DNA of 64,000 bases, taken from assembly GCA_951406725.2 (NCBI GenBank), contig OX597830.1:75020001-75084000 (forward strand). The letters run 5' to 3'. The DNA is from Octopus vulgaris. Its lineage: Eukaryota. The notes under the pieces are model-generated. The model was not told where the DNA came from. It saw only the letters and a program-made list of their open reading frames with translations, and ran no database searches. Each line of letters starts with the position of its first letter. Position 1 is the stretch's first letter. Shown here one piece after another: positions 54,965 to 64,000 of the stretch. The translations under genes and the position numbers were made by a program.

Positions 54965-55394
54965 TAAATAGAAAGACAACAAATACGAATGAAGACGGGG
55001 AAAGAAAGAACAAAAACGTATTTAAAAAAAGTAGATAAAAACTGCAGGTGACAGTCGATTAAATTATGATCAAAGGTGCTTAGAGACAGCTTTTACGATA
55101 TAGCTGTCGTTGATGTTGTTGTTGTTGTTGTTGTGGATGCTCTTCAAGGTTTTGAATCTGGTCAGTCACACTTTTTGCTCATCTCAACTTAACATTATTC
55201 AAGTAAATATGCACCCATGTATGAAATCTAGGGCTCACACATACATATATATGTAAATAAATAAACACCCAGGTAAGTACGCAGAGATGATGAGAGACAG
55301 TCAGGATTAGGCAAATGTTTTCACATATATGTGAACACACTGTACTCTCCTATCGTAAACGACAGGTGAGAGTACAGCGATTTCCTGTTATTCA

Positions 55395-55636
55395 AATTCT
55401 TTTACTTCCGACACATGTTTCGAAGATATTTACTTGTATTATTCCAAAGGAATGAAATGGTGTAAAACAATGTAATCTTCTCTTCAGGGTAATGAAGAAA
55501 TGAAACTCGTCAATAAGACATTTTAACAGAATAAGATGGATATATATATCGTGATTAACTGAACGCTATTAAGTTTCTTTCAAAAAACGTTATAGGATAT
55601 AACGTCAGAGGTAGCCTATGGAAAGAGGAGGGATAA

Positions 55637-55640
<4 letters not shown>
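55395..55640 (-). mobile_element. Solo PLE terminal-repeat fragment with HHR family 2 (55405-55492)
   Basis: Homologous to 18865-19097; minus strand reads UUACC-CUGAAGA-GAAGAU...AUCUUC-GAAA-CAUGUG-UC^GGAAG. Confidence 0.82.
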
Positions 55641-55672
<32 letters not shown>

Positions 55673-55688
55673 TATATATTCTTTTCTG

Positions 55689-55742
<54 letters not shown>

Positions 55743-55759
55743 CAGACAGACAGACAGAC

Positions 55760-55819
<60 letters not shown>

Positions 55820-55959
55820 CTCAAGATTAATCAGCCGAAATTGCGAGGATGATCCGGTTCTTGACTGAAGATTGAAGGCTTCGAATGTCCCGTCCGTTTT
55901 TTTTTTGTATCATCTTCTAAATGGTTTGCGTTCTTGTCTCAGTTTGTATTTTTTTACAA

Positions 55960-56046
<87 letters not shown>

Positions 56047-56095
56047 GATAGATAGAAAGATAGATACATACATACATACCTTATAGATATACATA

Positions 56096-56167
<72 letters not shown>

Positions 56168-56279
56168 AATATATATACACACCCGTGCGAGATATATATA
56201 ACAGTAGCTGCACGAGATCGTGAAGTATGTTAGCCGCATCTAGGTGGCAAATATACTTCACAATATATATAGATATTCT

Positions 56280-56470
56280 TTTATTCTTTTACTTGTTTCG
56301 GTCATGTGACTGCGGCCATGTTGGAGCACTGCTTTAGTCGAGCAAACAGACCCCAGGGACTCACTCTTTGTATACCTTGTATATATTCTATCAGTCTGTT
56401 TTGCCGAACTGCTAATTTATGGGCACGTAAACACACCAGCATCAGTAAACACAGACACACAAACATATAC
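56280..56470 (-). mobile_element. SINE family B, 3' part
   Basis: Matches 59620-59820. Confidence 0.8.
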
Positions 56471-56498
56471 ACACACATACATACATACATACATACAT

Positions 56499-56594
<96 letters not shown>

Positions 56595-56669
56595 TCTGTA
56601 TTGTGAACAAAGCTTATTCTTGTATTCTTTTACTTTTCTTTAAGTTCCAGCTTTGAGGCTGCGGTCATA

Positions 56670-56995
56670 CTTATAAACTTAGATAAACTTAGATATGTTT
56701 CGACCAAAGATTGGTCCACGCCATGTCTAACTTAATAGCACCACCTGATAGGATTATTTGAATCCTGTTTAAGTCAAGTTTTGTTTATGGACCATTCAAG
56801 TAGTGAGTTTTTGTTGGGTGAGTTGTATCCAATTATGGGTGGCTTATCTGGTATTCTTTGAAGGAATCTATCCAGACTCCGTTTAAAGTTGATGGGATCT
56901 TTTTCCACTTTGATCTCTTTCGGGATCAGGCCTGTTGAGGAAAAGAAATTATGTTGCAGTGTACATGTATGCTGTGATCTTGAATTGGGCAGGGG
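56670..56995 (-). mobile_element. CR1-type LINE 3' end
   Basis: IPKEIK...[16 protein letters not shown]...NSL motif and a short tandem-repeat tail (atctaagttt x2). Confidence 0.75.
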
Positions 56996-57020
56996 AATAT
57001 CGATAGATAGATAGATCGAC

Positions 57021-57080
<60 letters not shown>

Positions 57081-57085
57081 GAATG

Positions 57086-57132
<47 letters not shown>

Positions 57133-57149
57133 CGATAGATAGATCGATG

Positions 57150-57203
<54 letters not shown>

Positions 57204-57474
57204 CAGATAGAAAGATAGATAGATAGATATTCAGATAGACACACAGATAGACAGACAGACAAGTAGATAGATGGCCGACGATTTTCGACACTGCGACTAT
57301 CAACTAAATTTACAAGACATTGCTCAGCCCGTGGATATAGTAGAAAATACTTGCTGAAGGTGCCGTGAATTACGACTGAACCTGATACTACGTATTTGCC
57401 ATACAGGCATCTTAAAAACATATATATTTGCCTGTATATATGCATGTATATACATACATACATATATATATATA

Positions 57475-57706
57475 TTTCTTTACAACCCACAACGGGCTAA
57501 ACATAGAGGGGACAAACAATGACAGACAAGGGGATTAAGTCGATTACATCGACCCCAGTGCGTAACTGGTACTCAATTTATCAACCCCGAAAGGATGAAA
57601 GGCAAAGTCGACCTCGGCGGAATTTGAACTCAGAACGTAACGGCATACGAAATACCGCTACGCATTTCGCCCGGCGTGCTAACGATTATGCCAGCTCTTC
57701 GCCCTT
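57475..57706 (-). mobile_element. SINE family A, full length
   Basis: Near-identical to 21650-21880. Confidence 0.9.
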
Positions 57707-58498
57707 ACATACATATATATATAGGGTTGAATATACATCCATACCTACGTCTATATATATATATATGCTTGTGTGTGTCTATGTGTTAGTTTGAGTCAGT
57801 GAACTTGTGTGTGTATGTGTGTGTGTTTGCTATTTTTGTTGTATGAATTGTATTTAAAATTCTTTACGTGCTTTTATCTTTACTCAATTCTACATCTTTA
57901 TTTTATTCGGTTTATTGTCATTTTGTCGCTGTTCACCTAGATAGGTGACACACACATTTTTTAGTGTAACATATTTCGTAGATTATTAACTTGGCAGTGT
58001 ATGTTTCTATGTGTGTCTGTGTGTCTGTGTTTGTGTGTGTGTGTGTGGGTTCGTCTGTGTTCTTCTGTGTGTATGGTTGCATGACACTTCTAGAATCATA
58101 TCTGGAAATAGATATTACAAAAGTAATATGACGAATTGCAGCGCCATTTCTTTCATTTTTTTTTCATTGTTTTCCGCTGTACATTTTTAAACATTTTTTT
58201 AGGTATACTTTTATTAAATTGTTTTTACATTTTTCTTTCGCTTGTTTTTGACACCTTTAGTAACCCATGAAAGTATTTATGTAATGATATATGGCTAAAC
58301 GATTAGATGTATCTCTATATACGATTGTAGACAACATAAAAACAAACACATATATACTTCACCCACATATATACACACGCTCCTATGTGTACGTATGTAT
58401 GCATCTGTATATATATATATATATACGTACATATATAAACACACACATATTAGTTTATTTATATATGTGTGTGTATGTATATACACACACGCACATAT

Positions 58499-58565
<67 letters not shown>

Positions 58566-59387
58566 GAAGATAGATGCGGTAGTTGATGTGCGATAGCAAG
58601 ATTTGTATTATTTCGAAGAAGAGATTGAAAAACGTACTGTGATATTGTTTCCAAGAACGTGGTATCAAGTGTTATGAAAAGAATATCTGTTCACAGTTAA
58701 GATTACCGGCGGCAGAATCAGAAAAGTGTGTAGAATTTTAAACCCTCTCTCTTTGAAAAATTAGCAGTAAACAATAGGGAACTCAAGGAAGGAAAACGGA
58801 GCTTCATGCGAAAATAGGAGAGTTTTGAACTGTGGAGAAGAAAAAGAAACGAAATGAGGAACTGAAACGTGAAAGGGCAAGAAATAGCAAAAAATTTAAA
58901 TTCTTGGGTAACTGAAGAGTAAGAATGTCTTCATTGATATAAGACAATTAGTAGCGGCAAAATTATTTACATCATTCCGGGATGTGTTAGGGTTCTAACT
59001 TGAATGTGAAAGTATGTTCCTTCTGTGTACATGTGCATGATGTAGTGTAATGAGCGGAGATGTCACGGCCAGTTGCGTGATCATTTGTTCTGATATAATT
59101 ACATTGTGCTCTTAAATTATATGATTACATTGTGCTCTTAAACGTGTTCGATAAGTTTTCTGATGCAACGTGCGCTGCCAAGTGTGCAAATGATTCTATA
59201 TACGAGGCTGGAAAATAAAGAGAAAAACAGGAATTGTTTTTGCTATCATAGTACCGAGATTAACTGGCGGTAGTTGGGGCATTGACAGATTTTGCACAGC
59301 CGTTTCGATATCGCCTATTTGCTGTGACACTTTCGAAGCTGTGTTACGTGACATCAAACATGATATTTCTTTAGTTCTCGCTCGCTT

Positions 59388-59461
<74 letters not shown>

Positions 59462-59609
59462 ACTTTCTGTATGTATATTTTTGGACCCGTACTGTTGCCA
59501 AAATAGGCTTTAGTGTCCATTCTGACGTGTAAAATCGCCAGCATCCATACAACTTGATTCCTTCTTAGGCAGGTGCTGCAGAGTATATGGCTAAGTACTA
59601 CTTTTTTTT

Positions 59610-59813
59610 CTCTTTTTACTCTTTTTACTTGTTTCAGTCATTTGACTGCGACCATGCTGGAGCACCGCCTTTAGTCGAGCAAATCGACTTATTCTTTGTA
59701 AGCCCAGTACTTATTCTATCGGTCTCTTTTTGCCGAACCGCTAAGTGACGGGGACGTAAACACACCAGCATCGGTTGTCAAGCAATGCTAGGGGGACAAA
59801 CACAGACACACAA

Positions 59814-59876
<63 letters not shown>

Positions 59877-60040
59877 TACGACAGGCTTCTTTCAGTTTCC
59901 GTCTACCAAATCCACTCACAAGGCATTGGTCGGCCCGGGGCTATAGCAGAATACACTTGCCCAAGAGGCCACGCAGTGGGACTGAACCCGGAACCATGTG
60001 GTTGGTTAGCAAGCTACTTACCACACAGCCACTCCCGCGC
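59610..60040 (-). mobile_element. SINE family B, full length with internal (AT/AC)n
   Basis: Minus-strand head GGAGTGGCTGTGTGG...GGTTCCGGGTTCAGTCC; tail gactgaaacaagtaaaaagag. Confidence 0.9.
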
Positions 60041-60299
60041 CTGTGGAGCTTCTAAGTTAAAGGTTACCAATATTCCTCAAAGACAAGTGTGGTTGTGTAA
60101 GAAAGACCAGAGCAGTTATTGGGTCACAGAGCAAGATTCAAAAATTACCTAACTAGTCAAAACATTCTTTATAGTCTATAGTCTTGACATTAGATGCTCT
60201 GGGTTACATACATTAAATTTATCTCAGATACACCATTTTCTTCTGTAGTTTGTATCAAGTAGATCTATTAAGTATAAAAAGCCTCTTCGGTCTTCAATG

Positions 60300-60575
60300 G
60301 CTATGGGATTGCATCTTGAAAGTTTCCGGCTAAGCCACAACTCTGTGCAAGATTGTTTATGGAGTATCAGCAGTCGACCATGCATACCAGCTTCCCCTCT
60401 CCTCACCACAGATGTTTTGGCAGGGAAAGGCAAAGGCAAAGTCCGGTACAGCTTGACACCACTAACTTCGAAACGGATTTCTACGGCTGAGTGTACATCA
60501 ACAACGTACTCACATGAGAATTGAACCCACTACCTCATGATGGTGAGCTCGACGCTTTAGCCACTGAGCTATATG
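60300..60575 (-). mobile_element. SINE family C (diverged)
   Basis: Similarity to 41990-42302. Confidence 0.75.
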
Positions 60576-60684
60576 TCTTCAGATCCATATAACACATAAG
60601 TTACATGACAATTCATCGAACGAGGTTACTGAATAATATCTCAAGTATTTCATGCACTTATGTACATAGATATTTTTCTGTCTA

Positions 60685-60724
<40 letters not shown>

Positions 60725-61112
60725 ACACACACACACACACATTCACACACACATTCACACACACACACACTCTATCACTCTCTGTTTCTGTCTCTTTCTA
60801 ATTTTCTCTCTCACTAACTCTCAAATCGGGAGTCTTGACAGACAGGTTGTGTGTGACTCAACGGCGGCCATTACTCAGAGTTTCATAGCAGCGAAATTAC
60901 GTGTCTAATCAGTGAGATGGCCGCAATGAATATATTTAATGCTTTATCAAATGTAACACCTCACACGTCTCACATCAAATATATATACAGAAAAATATAC
61001 AGGCACAAAGACAAAGAAAAAGCTTAATTATATACACGCATACGTATATGCACACACAAACACATACACACATACATATATATTATATATATGTTTTTGT
61101 ATATATATATAT

Positions 61113-61184
<72 letters not shown>

Positions 61185-61546
61185 TATATATATATGTATA
61201 TATATGTATGTATATATATATATATATACATACATATATACACGCATACATATATATAAACATATATATATACACGCATACACACGCACGAAGACAAACA
61301 TTCACTCACACACAGAAATACAGACATGTTGACATAATATCTTCATTAGTCCACCTTCGTCGTTGATTATTATCATACTTACAACCTAACGTGTGGAAAT
61401 CATAAGTTTAATAAATGTAAAATAATACTTGCTCATTAGAATTAACGTCGCGAACATCTCTAGAGACTTAATCGAAATATCACTTCAGTGGCTGACTCCT
61501 ATACATCCATCCATCGATCCAGCCATATATACATACATATACATTC

Positions 61547-61580
<34 letters not shown>

Positions 61581-61926
61581 ATGTATATATGTATGTATGT
61601 ATGCATGTATATATATGCGTACATGTATTTTAGATTTTGCGTGTGGGTGGAGAAAGTATGTTCAGTAATTAACCAAAGAAAATAGAAGGGTTATTAGCTG
61701 TTCCCTTGGTAATAATTAGCTACTGCATGGCAAATATCCACCAGTTCACAGCTGTGATATCGCATGTTAAAAGTGTGACATTCGAAAAACACTGCCCTTA
61801 TTTAGATCTCACATGTATTTAGTCATAATTGTTATTATTACTTTTTTGTTGTTGTTGTTGTTGTTGTGGTAGATTTACATATGAAAGTCATTAGACATTA
61901 GTTCAGGATATATACATGTATGTATG

Positions 61927-61979
<53 letters not shown>

Positions 61980-62713
61980 GTATATATATATATGTATATA
62001 TATATATGTACATATATATATGCGTGTGTGTTGGTGTTTTAAGTGTATGCGTGTATATTTATATATGCATATGCATATGTCTATACATATGTGTATGTAT
62101 AGATGTACATAGGTACATATATATTACAGATATACATGTGTATATATATATGTGTATATATATATATGTGTATATATATGTATATATATATGTGTGTATA
62201 TATATATATATATATACATACACATACACACTTCCTTCCCACACATACGCACATATATTTTTTTGTGTTGTTGGTGCGTATGCATGTATTTGTATTTATG
62301 TGTAAGTATTTTGTACACATATCAGTGTGTGCATAGAGGTTGAAAGCCACGACTGCAAGTATGTCTGAATATATTCGCGTGAGATGAAATAATCCCATTA
62401 CGCTTAATTATAGTATGGTTCACCTCCACAGATTTCTGCATCAACTTGTGACAATTAGCCTTGCACGGCTTTCCTAGAAATCAGTGCCTGGAATAACTCA
62501 GCTAATAATTTTACTTGTATTACTGAAACATCCTGCTCAAGAGACATGGTTTTACTTCATTTTTTTTACAATAATTCATATTTGGGCTTAAATTTTGGCT
62601 ATGATCTGTGATCTAATAGGGAAGCTATCAACTATAGTTGATACTTTCCCAATGAACTTGACTGCACATCGAAACCACGTGCACAGGTATACGCTTATAA
62701 GCATCAATTTTGA

Positions 62714-62714
<1 letters not shown>

Positions 62715-62791
<77 letters not shown>

Positions 62792-64000
62792 CGGTAATTT
62801 TATTTTTTATCCCGTGCTTTCATGCACTACCGAGCGTATTTATGCTGTGTGCCCTGGATATATTCTTCGGTTTGTTGTGACGCTCTTATTTTCACACTCT
62901 TGAAAGTATTTTATGTAAAATGTGTGCGGTGCCAAGTAGTGCTATTTTCTGTATTTTATATACCTGTCAGTCCCGGTGTTTTTGTTATGTATTTGTCTGA
63001 ATACTTTTTATCGTACCTAATGCTCCTCCTATGATAGGAATTGTTTCGATTTTTAGACTCCACATTCGAGTTATATCTAGTTCGAGGTTTTTCTATTTTG
63101 AAGGTATCTCCGTTTCATTTAGAGAAATATTGTCATCAGTTGTTATTAATACATCGATTAGAAAGCATTTTTTTTCTTGGTGATCCCTGACAATTAAATC
63201 CAGCCTGTTGGCCTTAATTTCTCTATCTGTGTGTATTCGCATATTCCAGAGTGTGGATTTCTCATTTTGTGTGACATTTTCTGGCCTGGAGTTATACCAT
63301 CTTTTTCTATTGTTATTCCATACTCTTGGCATAGCTTCCAGTGTATGTAGGTCCCAACTCTGTCGTGTCTGTGAATATATCCTTTCTTAGCCAAGACTGG
63401 GTAGCCAGAGATAATATGATTTATTGTTTCTTGTCCATCCCCACATATTCTGCAGTAACTTGTATTTCTTTTCATTACATGTTTTTAGTCATTTCTGGTG
63501 GGGATGATTTGATCTGGTGCTGCAATTAAAAATCCTTCAGTCTCTGCTTTGAGTCCTGAGCTTCTTAGCCATTTTGGAGATTTTGTTTTGTCTATTTCTT
63601 TTCTGTTTAGTTTAACTCAGTATTTGCCATGAAGGGGCTTTTCTTGCCATCGTTTTATCATGACCCGTTGCTGTACCAGTTTTAGTTTGAATTTCATTTG
63701 TCTTAACAGCATTTCTTTCTTCTTCTTTTTCTTCATAGTTGTTAGGTTCTATGATTCTTTTTTGTATTTGTTAGCCTCCTGAGTGAAAATAGTTTTTTGT
63801 TTTGGACTGCATGTATTAGCTTTCCTTGCTTCTGTAGTAGTTATTTCTGAAGTCTTATGATGGTTATTTTGTAATAGCTTTCTCTCTCTATTAGACCTCT
63901 ACCACCTTCGATGCGTTGTATATGTAACATTTCTTTGTCATATTTTGTGTGGGGCAACCTAAATCTTGTCATTACTTTTCTTGTTTTTCTGTCTATTTTT
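62715..64000 (-). mobile_element. R4/Dong-clade non-LTR retrotransposon 3' part (CCHC knuckle plus RLE), degraded, with (TAA)n tail
   Basis: KPLHGKY, GLKAETEGFLIAAPDQI, CRICGDGQETINHIISG..LAKKGYIHRHD, TDREIKANRLDLIV..KKCFLIDV; frameshifts and stops; (TAA)n at 62715-62790. Confidence 0.9.

Overview
AT-rich, microsatellite-saturated eukaryotic DNA. The SINE set, long (AT)n/(TAA)n/(GATA)n tracts and element mix point to an Octopus (coleoid cephalopod) genome; this is recognised from memory, not searched. No complete host protein-coding gene is evident, and nearly all listed ORFs are simple-repeat artefacts. Identifiable content: (i) dozens of tRNA-derived SINEs of about 5 families; (ii) remnants of CR1-type and R4/Dong-type LINEs, mariner, pogo/Tigger, hAT and Helitron elements; (iii) a GC-rich housekeeping-type promoter plus first exon on the minus strand at ~1.2-1.4 kb, with the gene leaving the window to the left; (iv) a truncated Penelope-like element (PLE) with a GIY-YIG endonuclease ORF and ~500-bp inverted repeats. 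The most striking signal is unannotated: at least 8 clear and 4 degenerate type I hammerhead ribozyme (HHR) motifs from three or more families. Many sit in short non-coding fold-back (inverted-repeat) elements whose fold points map to the ribozyme itself, suggesting a family of non-autonomous, ribozyme-carrying PLE derivatives. All structures were paired by eye, and repeat boundaries are approximate.
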